From contig CAVZQN010000004.1 of NCBI GenBank assembly GCA_963777505.1, positions 1,575,814 to 1,639,813 on the forward strand: DNA of 64,000 bases, given 5' to 3'. Each line of letters starts with the position of its first letter. Positions within the stretch are counted from its first letter, which is position 1. The DNA is from an uncultured bacterium. Its GTDB lineage: Bacteria; Acidobacteriota; HRBIN11; JAKEFK01. Below are positions 8,876 through 16,932 of this stretch, piece after piece. A program made the position numbers and the translations under genes. The notes under the pieces were generated by a model, which saw only the letters and a list, made by a program, of their open reading frames with translations, did no database searches and had not been told where the DNA came from.

Positions 8876-8935
8876 TTCAATCTGAAATCTAGAATCTGAA
8901 ATCTTAAATAATTGAACCGCAAAGTCACGGAGTTC
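8876..8935. repeat. Terminal inverted repeat R2 of IVS-like cassette
   Basis: caatctttcaatcctcaatttcaatctgaaatctagaatctgaaatcttaaataa is the reverse complement of R1. Confidence 0.75.
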
Positions 8936-8952
8936 TTTGCGTCTTTGCGGTT
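8915..8952. repeat. Hairpin formed by two inverted copies of the recurrent motif (AACCGCAAAG ... CTTTGCGGTT, 10-bp stem)
   Basis: aaccgcaaagtcacggagttctttgcgtctttgcggtt read directly; overlaps the 3' end of the DUF2851 CDS. Confidence 0.6.
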
Positions 8953-10388
8953 GGATTAAATTCGCAGCGGGAGCAGGAAGCATCGCGGTTATCGCAAAAG
9001 TCGTAAAAGAAGTGATGGAGCGCTTGTTGCCGGTGTGCGCTGTCAATCATGTTTCTTGCTTTCTCCGGGCTCCCAAACATCCGATGAACCATCAGACGTG
9101 TAATGCTGTTGTTAGGCAGTTTTGGATGACGTCTATAGATTGCATGGAGAGAATCTTCGAGCCCTCGTTGTGAAGTGAGCTCTGCATGCGCTAACAACAA
9201 TGGAAGCACGACATTTACGATCAGGATCCGCGCGCGATCCTTTCCGATCAATCTGCGAGGTGCGCTGAATTTGTGCTTATCGAATTGATAATGGTATGAC
9301 CAATACAAATGCGATGGACGTCCAAACAAGGCATTCCACGATTTGAGTATTTCGCGAATTCCGCGAGGCGATGGAAAAGGTTCGCCGATAGGGTGGAGTA
9401 ACAATGGAATGATTTGTCCAGAATGGTAATGAAAAAATGATGCAACAGCAGTGAGCCTGCGTGCAGGGAAGTTTGCCGGACGTGTACTTGAGGGATACCA
9501 ACAAAACCCGGTGAGTATTCGCGATTGAAAATGGGATTCGTGTTTATGCCAGTATTGAAAAAGCTCGTTTAGATACCACGACGTTTCAGGATCTTCCGGA
9601 GTTAAACGGATCTGTGATAAGTCTTCGATCAATCCCGCAGTACCAAGTAATATCGCAGCCATTGAATCGATACCGCGCCGACCCGCAAAATTGTAATGCA
9701 TCAATTCATCAATCGGAATTCTTTGGGCAAGCTCACGGAATGCATATCGAGATTGCTTATATCCCATGCCTTCCATGATGCCTTCATAAAAAGCTTGCTG
9801 AAATGTTTGCGATCGAAGTGCCGTCAGATATCGTTCCTTTTTTCGGCGCATTCGAAGATCGCCTGCTGAATCCAATATTCGTGTGATGGATAGTTCATCA
9901 TGCTCTTCCAGAAATCGTCTGCAAAGATGTACTTTGCTTCCTGCATGAAATGGAAATTCATGAATCGGCAATCGTGTCTGCAGCAGCCTTAACTCTTCCA
10001 TCAATGAATCTTTTAATTCCAGTTCAGGAACCGACTCTCCATTCTGTTTGATACATTCCGCGCCTGTGCTGTACAAAACAACGTGAAGAACAACGCTGTT
10101 GTAACGTGGATCCAGATGGTGCCGGTGTTGATACCATTCACCGCTGCTTAAATGAATTTCAACATCACCACACATCCGTTTTCCATCAACAAACAATTCT
10201 GCATTTCGAAAGTCCGGGCCTGCTTCAAGATTCCACCAACCTGGCGATGATATCGATAACGCTGTGCCGTTCAGGCGCAATTGTTTCCGGAAGAGTTGTT
10301 CAGACCAGATGCAATGGATTAAACGTTCAAGGACGCGTTCGCGTCCACCATAGGGGTTTTGCGATTCGCAGACGAGATAAGGTTCCAT
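8925..10388 (-). CDS. DUF2851-family protein (487 aa)
   Basis: N-terminal ERLIHCIWSEQLF...PGWWNLEAGPDF...GDVEIHLSSGEWYQHRHHLDPRYNSVVLHVVL pattern recalled for DUF2851; assignment from memory only. Confidence 0.5.
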   Translation of the reverse strand: MEPYLVCESQNPYGGRERVLERLIHCIWSEQLFRKQLRLNGTALSISSPGWWNLEAGPDFRNAELFVDGKRMCGDVEIHLSSGEWYQHRHHLDPRYNSVVLHVVLYSTGAECIKQNGESVPELELKDSLMEELRLLQTRLPIHEFPFHAGSKVHLCRRFLEEHDELSITRILDSAGDLRMRRKKERYLTALRSQTFQQAFYEGIMEGMGYKQSRYAFRELAQRIPIDELMHYNFAGRRGIDSMAAILLGTAGLIEDLSQIRLTPEDPETSWYLNELFQYWHKHESHFQSRILTGFCWYPSSTRPANFPARRLTAVASFFHYHSGQIIPLLLHPIGEPFPSPRGIREILKSWNALFGRPSHLYWSYHYQFDKHKFSAPRRLIGKDRARILIVNVVLPLLLAHAELTSQRGLEDSLHAIYRRHPKLPNNSITRLMVHRMFGSPEKARNMIDSAHRQQALHHFFYDFCDNRDASCSRCEFNPTAKTQRTP

Positions 10389-10469
10389 CGTTTGCCTCCT
10401 GTTTTGGCAAACGGTGGAGGATGGTAGGAAGTTACCCGCACTAGGATTTTACCACAAAGACACGGCCTA

Positions 10470-10660
10470 CGGCCGCAATTTCAGATTTCAGATCTTAGAT
10501 TTCAGATTGAAATTGATGATTTTTGGATTTAAGTACAGGTTAATTCTACTTTATGTGAGCAGACCGAATTAAGGCTTAAAAAGAATCTAATAGCTTCTAT
10601 CAATCTTCAATCAAAAATTTCAATCTGAAATCTAAGATCTGAAATCTAAAATCTATTGGA
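10470..10660. mobile_element. MITE-like empty element: inverted repeats R3 (10470-10530) and R4 (10598-10660) of the same GATTTCAGATT family flanking a 76-bp non-coding core
   Basis: 33-bp core caatttcaatctgaaatctaagatctgaaatct is identical between rc(R3) and R4; no ORF between them; sits in the DUF2851 / radical-SAM intergenic region. Confidence 0.6.
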
Positions 10661-12023
10661 CTTGGAGTTTGGCGTAGGAGGGTGAACTGCCGCAGCTTTC
10701 AAACCATTCGAGGCCTTCACACACCATATCAAATTTCAGCCAGTACTGGCCGGGTGAGTTTACGGCGGGAACTTGAAAATCAAGACGCAATGCTTGTCCT
10801 GAAGGAAGAGCCTTTGGAAGCAAAGCACGTCCGAAGTTGCGGTTAATCATGCTACGGTTGCGATCTAACAATGAAATTCCGAGAGTGATATGTCTTCGAT
10901 TCGTGCGTGAAGTGTTTTTCCAGAGTGCCCCGCCGGCATTAAGAATTTCTGCGCTTGTAGTAAACGATTGGCCGGCTTTGACTTTCAATGCTGCAATCTC
11001 CGGACGTATTTCGGCTTTTAATGCTTTTTCGTGGATTGCATTTCCTAAAGCGCTCCAGATTTCATGCTGAATCTTTTCATATTCAGGGCGTCCCGGAACA
11101 AACCTTTCGGAAGCTGAATTTTCAGGATGATCTGTAATTTCCCAGCATAAACGATCGATTCCAAGTTCACCTGCAAGTTTTCGTGCAAGATCCATCTCTT
11201 CATCAGTGTCGTTCCAACGAAACAAAATGTAACGCCAGTTGATGAACGGCGTATCGGAGTTCAGTTCATGTTTGATTTCCACAAAGCGCTTCAGGATGCG
11301 CATCAATTTATCGAAATCGCCTCCACGCCTGTAACGCACATATGATTCTTGCATGGCCCCATCGATCGAGAAAGTAATTTCATCAATCCCTGATTTCGTA
11401 AGAGCGCGCAGTTTTTCATCCGTGTTTAGCAGCAATCCATTAGTGCTTGTAAAAAGATAAATCTGAGGATATCGAGATTTTGCATATTCGATCATTTCGA
11501 TCGCGCGTGGATGGATGAAACTTTCACCGTAATTAAAGAAGTCAATGCGCTGAAGTCCCGGTCCAAGCTCATCAATTACTTTTGTGAAAGTGTCATAATT
11601 CAAGAGCCGGATCGATCGCGTAAAATGGATTCCATTTTCATGATTGCAACAAGCTTCAAAACAGGAAAGATTGCAGGAGACACAAGGCTCTACGAATAAA
11701 CGCTGAGGCATATAGGCAAGCGAGGTGCCATCAGGTAATTTCACTGCAGGATCGGATGCAACTCCCATCAAGTTGCAATGGGTGCAAAGTACGGGATTAT
11801 TTTTATGCAGACCCTCACGCAATCCACGAAACACCGGACCATTCCAAATTTCTTTAATGCTCAAGATCGATGCATTGCCAGCCGGACGCTTTTTGAATGG
11901 ATCGGCACAACCACAAACGATCGTTCCATCTGACATTAATGTGACCGTCTCCCATGGCCATGTACAAAAGAAACGCTGGCCTGGTTGAAGATCGATTTGA
12001 GAGGGTTCTTCGGTTCCTATCAT
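10653..12023 (-). CDS. Radical-SAM-like protein with N-terminal SPASM-like Cys-rich domain and non-canonical Cys cluster (456 aa)
   Basis: N-terminus FFCTWPWETVTLMSDGTIVCGC...GNASILSIKEIWNGP...CTHCN resembles a SPASM/twitch domain. The core has CVSCNLSCFEACC (not CxxxCxxC) and FNYGESFIHP (GGEP-like). The C-terminal ~100 aa are unassigned. 4-nt overlap with the upstream deacetylase gene. Confidence 0.5.
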   Translation of the reverse strand: MIGTEEPSQIDLQPGQRFFCTWPWETVTLMSDGTIVCGCADPFKKRPAGNASILSIKEIWNGPVFRGLREGLHKNNPVLCTHCNLMGVASDPAVKLPDGTSLAYMPQRLFVEPCVSCNLSCFEACCNHENGIHFTRSIRLLNYDTFTKVIDELGPGLQRIDFFNYGESFIHPRAIEMIEYAKSRYPQIYLFTSTNGLLLNTDEKLRALTKSGIDEITFSIDGAMQESYVRYRRGGDFDKLMRILKRFVEIKHELNSDTPFINWRYILFRWNDTDEEMDLARKLAGELGIDRLCWEITDHPENSASERFVPGRPEYEKIQHEIWSALGNAIHEKALKAEIRPEIAALKVKAGQSFTTSAEILNAGGALWKNTSRTNRRHITLGISLLDRNRSMINRNFGRALLPKALPSGQALRLDFQVPAVNSPGQYWLKFDMVCEGLEWFESCGSSPSYAKLQVQ

Positions 12024-13414
12024 TTTTGAATTGTTGCTACGTTTGGCAGGAGATCCTGGCGATCGATGAGTTGACTTGCCGAAATAAGCTCATAACCGCG
12101 TTGACGAAAAGTCTGGATAATTTCGGGAAGCCATTTATCGACACGATCTTCCGGTTGACGTTGAGTTCCCAGGTGCATCAGTACAATAGCTCCATTTGTT
12201 TGAGCCGCTTCATTGTGCCCAAAACTTAAAATACGGTCTTTGATTAACATTGCAGGAAAATAATTTGCATAACTTGAATTTGGCACCCAATCCAGGCTGT
12301 CCATATTTTGGCGAGTCTTTGGATCGGATGTCCATGCAACGTGAACGAACCCGAGCTCGGCAGCCCAACGCCGAATTTCGAGATTATGCTCTCCGTAAGG
12401 CGCGCGCCACAAAGGCACCATTCGTTTGCCAGTCGTAAGATAGAACAATTCATCCGTTTTACGCAACTGCATCTGAAGATCTTCGCGCGTGAGCATAGGA
12501 GAAGTTTTCTGCTGTGAATCCGTTGCAAATGTTGTGAGATGGTCATGGCTGAAAGTATGATTGCCAACTTCATGCTCTGAAGCGATACGCCGCGACATTT
12601 CAGGAAATTTTTGAATGAACTCCCCGGTGAGGAAAATCGTGGAACGCACATTATGTTTTTTCAGTGCATTAAGAATCGATTCCGCTGAATTTGCCTCTGA
12701 GCCTCCGTCAAACGTGAGAACAATCTCTTTCCGATTGATGTTTCCGCGCGAAATATTGTCCGGTGAATTTTGGAAAAACTTCCAATTTGCGCTGTCAGAC
12801 TTTATTGAATCCTGATACAGAACCATAATGGCTGGAGAAAAATTTGAAGATCCATCATCATCATAGAATCGGGTCTGCAGTACATTTGCATGTTTCGTTA
12901 GCATGACTTTTGGGAAGCGATACAGCGTGTTGCGTGCTACCGTGCTTTCTACAAGTGATCCGTTCAGGTAAACGGCAACTACAGCATTTGCCGGAGCCGA
13001 GCCTTCTACCTCGACGAACTGAGAAGCGCTCTTCATCCCATTGATTGGCCGCGTAATATTAATCCCATCAGCCTTATCGTCAGCTTTTTCCAGGTCAATA
13101 GGCAGTGACGGTGTCATGAGATCAGGTTGTTGATGCTGACTTCCACCGGAATAAAAAGCGTCTGCAAGCAGGCCGAAATAAACAAAACCTGCCGCTAAAA
13201 CTACCAGCGAAGCATATATTGCATATCGACCATAATTGCGGGTGGGTGTAGCCGTCGCATTCTTTTGCAAATATGTTTTATGACAGAGGTCTCCGCAAAA
13301 TAAATGATGATCCAGGCTAATCTGGCATTGCGGACAAAGCGCGCGACCACATTCAAAGCACTTACGGCGCGCAATACGTGACGGATGTTTAAAACAAAAC
13401 CTAGGCTCGTTCAT
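12020..13414 (-). CDS. Polysaccharide deacetylase (CE4/NodB-homology) with N-terminal zinc-ribbon and one TM segment (464 aa)
   Basis: N-terminal CFECGRALCPQCQ...CGDLCH Cys pairs and a TM helix (YAIYASLVVLAAGFVYFGLL). NodB motifs LTFDGGSE, HTFSHDH and LWRAPYG. Confidence 0.7.
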   Translation of the reverse strand: MNEPRFCFKHPSRIARRKCFECGRALCPQCQISLDHHLFCGDLCHKTYLQKNATATPTRNYGRYAIYASLVVLAAGFVYFGLLADAFYSGGSQHQQPDLMTPSLPIDLEKADDKADGINITRPINGMKSASQFVEVEGSAPANAVVAVYLNGSLVESTVARNTLYRFPKVMLTKHANVLQTRFYDDDGSSNFSPAIMVLYQDSIKSDSANWKFFQNSPDNISRGNINRKEIVLTFDGGSEANSAESILNALKKHNVRSTIFLTGEFIQKFPEMSRRIASEHEVGNHTFSHDHLTTFATDSQQKTSPMLTREDLQMQLRKTDELFYLTTGKRMVPLWRAPYGEHNLEIRRWAAELGFVHVAWTSDPKTRQNMDSLDWVPNSSYANYFPAMLIKDRILSFGHNEAAQTNGAIVLMHLGTQRQPEDRVDKWLPEIIQTFRQRGYELISASQLIDRQDLLPNVATIQK

Positions 13415-13518
13415 CTCCGAAAAAGTCAGAACAAATTATGGGATGTTCATACTATCAATGTCAAACGCCTCGACGGACTATTGACTTGCCTCATTCCCGG
13501 GATTACCCTCAAAAAAAG

Positions 13519-14244
13519 ATGTATATTGTTTCACTTGTTTCATTCATGGTCATAATGTTTGCATGTGCAGGAAATCCCGATGGTTCAGGCCAAGCTGTCT
13601 CCGTGGAGGAACTTCGTAAATTGCGCCAAAACATGGTGAATCGTCAAATTATTGCCCGCGGCGTGAAAGATCCCCTTGTTCTGGAAGCGATGGATAAGGT
13701 GGAACGTCACCAATTCGTTTTGCCCGGTCAAGAACGTCAAGCTTATGATGATGGACCTCTTTCGATCGGTGAAGGCCAAACAATCTCTCAACCTTATATC
13801 GTTGCAATTATGACCGAGCTTGCGAAAATTGGTCCGGAATCAAAAGTTCTTGAAATTGGAACAGGTTCCGGCTATCAAGCTGCAATTCTTGGAGAGATTG
13901 CTAAGGAAGTTTATTCCATTGAAATCATTGAATCGCTAGGTTTGCGTTCGCAAAACCTTTTGCAACGTCTTGGTTATGAAAATGTGAAAGTTCGAATTGG
14001 TGATGGTTATAAGGGTTGGCCGGATGAAGCACCTTTTGATGCGATTGTAGTAACTGCTGCTCCGGATCATGTTCCTCAGCCGCTTGTTGATCAACTAAAA
14101 ATCGGTGGACGCCTCGTGATTCCTGTTGGAGAACTTTATCAGGAACTTGAAGTCATCACTAAAACGGCTAAAGGCACGGAACGCAACAAAATTATTCCAG
14201 TGCGATTCGTCCCGATGACCGGCGAAGCTGAACAAGATAACTAA
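13519..14244 (+). CDS. pcm: Protein-L-isoaspartate O-methyltransferase
   Basis: ISQPYIVAIM, VLEIGTGSGYQAA and VVTAAPDHVPQPLVDQLKIGGRLVIPVG motifs; start moved to ATG at 13519 (signal-peptide-like MYIVSLVSFMVIMFACAG). Confidence 0.85.
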   Translation: MYIVSLVSFMVIMFACAGNPDGSGQAVSVEELRKLRQNMVNRQIIARGVKDPLVLEAMDKVERHQFVLPGQERQAYDDGPLSIGEGQTISQPYIVAIMTELAKIGPESKVLEIGTGSGYQAAILGEIAKEVYSIEIIESLGLRSQNLLQRLGYENVKVRIGDGYKGWPDEAPFDAIVVTAAPDHVPQPLVDQLKIGGRLVIPVGELYQELEVITKTAKGTERNKIIPVRFVPMTGEAEQDN

Positions 14245-14271
14245 AATCTCTGCGTCTTTGCGGTTTAATAA

Positions 14272-15351
14272 TCAAAAGTAAAGATGAATGCGGAACGTTA
14301 GCTCATCTGCATTCTGAATTTCATTTTGCGGAATGCTTTGATTGAAGCTGTAATACACTCCGACCTGTAAGAACGGAACGATAAAAGGTTCGACTCCAAC
14401 CAACACTCGATCGCGCTGATTTTCATCGATATCCCGATTTGGGTCAAGAAATTCATACGCAGCTTTGACATTCCAGCCATCCGTTATCAGGTAATTTACT
14501 TCAGCGTGTGCAACAAATTGTTCGCGATCAGCTTCATCGGGAATTTCGTCCTTCACAAGATCGACTTCACCAAGAAAAACGGCTTTGTACAATCGGAATC
14601 CACCCCACAAACCTGCTGCCGTGCGATCACCCAAATCGGATGGGTTGTACGATCCTGAGGCGCCGATTCTAAATGCATTCGCTGCATACGATACAGATCC
14701 AACGAATTGTTTTGAAGCATTGTTATCCAGGCTACTACCGGTGCCGTTTGTTGCGGAAGTTACAATTGAAAAAGGTCCAGGTTCAAAGCCGACTTCAACT
14801 CCCGCGTCAGGATTATTGAAATTAAATCCTGTTGCTTCGCGGATAAATGCGCGATCATCTTCAATTCGCAGGCCGTAAGGGAGAATAAAACGTCCGCCTT
14901 TGATCCATCCGTGCGCAGGCATCGCCTCGAACATCGCGAATATTTCACGACTCTGGACTCCGCCCGGCGCGACACTTTCATCAACATACAAAGAAAGCAT
15001 GTCTGGAATTGGTTTTACATGGAGATAAATATTTCCTTTGTCGGTTAGAAATGTATTTGCGGTGTTATCTTCAACGAAAGTGCTTTGATTCAAGAATCTG
15101 AAATCCCCACCCACTGAAAGATTTCCGTCTAGAATCGCCCAATAGTGTGGCACTTTTTTTTCACTCAGGTCGATTTTTTGCCAGGGAAGGGCTTGGGTTC
15201 CGTATCCAGATCCCATTACATTACGTTTACCGCCTCCGGTTCGATTCACATGACAGGCACTGCATTTGAGACCTTCACGAATCGCAAGATAAGGTTCCGA
15301 AAAAACAACGGTTGGACACAGAACGAACAGCAGCAAGATTATTCGTTTCAT
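14272..15351 (-). CDS. Outer-membrane beta-barrel protein with N-terminal CXXCH heme motif; candidate Cyc2-like fused cytochrome-porin
   Basis: Signal peptide MKRIILLLFVLCPTVVFS, then CSACH 12 aa into the mature protein, a glycine/aromatic-rich beta-strand-like body, and C-terminal ...TFRIHLYF (terminal Phe). Confidence 0.5.
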   Translation of the reverse strand: MKRIILLLFVLCPTVVFSEPYLAIREGLKCSACHVNRTGGGKRNVMGSGYGTQALPWQKIDLSEKKVPHYWAILDGNLSVGGDFRFLNQSTFVEDNTANTFLTDKGNIYLHVKPIPDMLSLYVDESVAPGGVQSREIFAMFEAMPAHGWIKGGRFILPYGLRIEDDRAFIREATGFNFNNPDAGVEVGFEPGPFSIVTSATNGTGSSLDNNASKQFVGSVSYAANAFRIGASGSYNPSDLGDRTAAGLWGGFRLYKAVFLGEVDLVKDEIPDEADREQFVAHAEVNYLITDGWNVKAAYEFLDPNRDIDENQRDRVLVGVEPFIVPFLQVGVYYSFNQSIPQNEIQNADELTFRIHLYF

Positions 15352-15362
15352 TCAGTTTTCCC

Positions 15363-15821
15363 TCAGTTGCGTTGGGCACCCTGGGAGATCCAAACGCGGA
15401 AAGCGTTAATGGTTTCTTGAGGCAATGGCGGAATATTTAATGGCATCTGAGCCCCTACAATATTCGGCACCCCTTCAAGTTTGTGAATTAAATAGCTGTT
15501 ATCCGGATCGCCTGGTCTTACTCGAAACAGTTCCGGTCTTTCAACTGATGCAACGTTTACCAAAGAATCGTAAGCATTGACTTCATCTAATCGCAGTCCT
15601 TGCGGAGCATTTGCACCGATATGACATGCAACACAAACCCTGTTAAAAACATTGGCCTGAATGTTTGTAAAGGTAGGAGGAAAAGTTACGGGCAAGTCTC
15701 CATTTCCAGAACCGACCGGATTGCCATTTTCATCGAGTCCATTTCCATTGCCCGCACATCCTGCAAGTAAAGCTAATAATGCGAAAACCGGCAAAACTCG
15801 AAGTAAATCTCTAAAAAACAC
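15363..15821 (-). CDS. Small monoheme c-type cytochrome lipoprotein
   Basis: Lipobox LLAGCAG, a Gly/Asn-rich linker, a single CVACH heme-binding motif and a downstream Met (GAQMP); probably GTG start; immediately upstream of the Cyc2-like gene on the same strand. Confidence 0.6.
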   Translation of the reverse strand: MFFRDLLRVLPVFALLALLAGCAGNGNGLDENGNPVGSGNGDLPVTFPPTFTNIQANVFNRVCVACHIGANAPQGLRLDEVNAYDSLVNVASVERPELFRVRPGDPDNSYLIHKLEGVPNIVGAQMPLNIPPLPQETINAFRVWISQGAQRN

Positions 15822-15870
15822 GATACGTTAGAAATATCAGCCAAAACCAGGGAAGTCAAGATCTTTGCGG

Positions 15871-16863
15871 CTAGAGCTTGCGAACTTGAACTCCTGCTTC
15901 CTTTAGCAGTGCGAAAGAAGTTTCAGACAGCGGATAATCATGGTTGAAGACAACTTCCATAATTCCGGAGTTGATAATCATCTTCGTACAAAGCAGACAG
16001 GGTGAGAATGTTGAATATAATGTTGAACCTTTTAATGCTGTTCCATGATATGAAGCCTGAGTAATTGCATTTTCTTCACCATGTGAGCAAAAACATTCTT
16101 CGAGTGAGCTTCCGCTTTTTGCGAGTGAATTGCATCGCGGACAACCGCCTTCATTGCAGTTTTTCGTTCCCCTTGGAGTGCCATTGTATCCGGTTGAAAT
16201 AATTCTGCGGTCTTTTACGATGATTGCTGCAACTTTCCGTTTCACACAGTTGCTCCGGCTTGCTACAACTTGAGCAATCGACATGAAATATTCATCCCAA
16301 CCTGGACGCGAAAAATTTCCCATTTCACCGCTCACAACGCCTTGAACCTTGCTATGAAGAGTATCCAGATCCTCATCATTCATAATTGTAAAGTTTGCCA
16401 TTGCCTGACAATCTTCAATGCTTTGCATATGAGTCGCAGTGTTTTTACGTTCTGCTTCTTCTTTGGCTGTGAATTCCTTCAAAGTCTTTGGATCATTTTC
16501 CCTGTTGCGGGATCGAATCCTTTCAAAACGCACATCTGCCGGAGCATCTACATTCAACAAAACAAAACGGCCCGATTCGCGTAACGCCGCAACCTCAGCA
16601 GGATTGCGAATTGAATCGATTACGTAATTTCGATTCGGATCGATTTTTTGCAGAATCCGCCTTGCCAGAATATCGGCGCCATGTTTTTCGCGAAGCTCAT
16701 TTCCTAAGGCAATCAGGCTGTCGCGAGTAATAGGAATTTTGCGTGCATCTAACTCGTCACGAATTGCATCCGAGAGCGAGTAATAGTAAAAACTCTTGTC
16801 TTTAAGAAAGGATGCGACTTCGCCCTTGCCTGCAGCGTTTTTGCCGGTTAATCCGATAATCAT
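15871..16863 (-). CDS. Fusion protein: N-terminal P-loop nucleotide kinase (CoaE/dNMP-kinase-like) plus C-terminal dCMP/cytidine deaminase zinc domain
   Basis: Walker A GLTGKNAAGKGEV at the N-terminus; C-terminal H-x-E (SHGEENAI) and PCxxC (SPCLLCTKMI) deaminase zinc motifs. Confidence 0.65.
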   Translation of the reverse strand: MIIGLTGKNAAGKGEVASFLKDKSFYYYSLSDAIRDELDARKIPITRDSLIALGNELREKHGADILARRILQKIDPNRNYVIDSIRNPAEVAALRESGRFVLLNVDAPADVRFERIRSRNRENDPKTLKEFTAKEEAERKNTATHMQSIEDCQAMANFTIMNDEDLDTLHSKVQGVVSGEMGNFSRPGWDEYFMSIAQVVASRSNCVKRKVAAIIVKDRRIISTGYNGTPRGTKNCNEGGCPRCNSLAKSGSSLEECFCSHGEENAITQASYHGTALKGSTLYSTFSPCLLCTKMIINSGIMEVVFNHDYPLSETSFALLKEAGVQVRKL

Positions 16864-16932
16864 ATTGGCGAAAAGATTAACATATCTGGAGCTTTGTGTC
16901 TCTGCGGTAAATAAAGCCTTATATTGTTCAGA

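Larger units (their letters stand above)
8421..8935. mobile_element. IVS-like cassette: ~55-bp terminal inverted repeats flanking a four-helix-bundle gene, inserted exactly between two convergent genes
   Basis: R1 begins 1 nt after the kinase gene stop (8420); R2 abuts the DUF2851 gene stop (8925). The architecture mirrors rRNA intervening sequences that carry this protein family. Confidence 0.5.

Noticed and set aside
8421-10660. The clustered GATTTCAGATT-rich repeats could be a CRISPR array
   Set aside because: They occur as inverted (not direct) pairs, their spacing is irregular (about 390 bp and 76 bp), the intervening DNA includes an ORF, and there is no leader or cas gene.
12244-12815. 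Several small ORFs on both strands inside the deacetylase gene
   Set aside because: They are shadow ORFs of the 464-aa CE4 deacetylase CDS.
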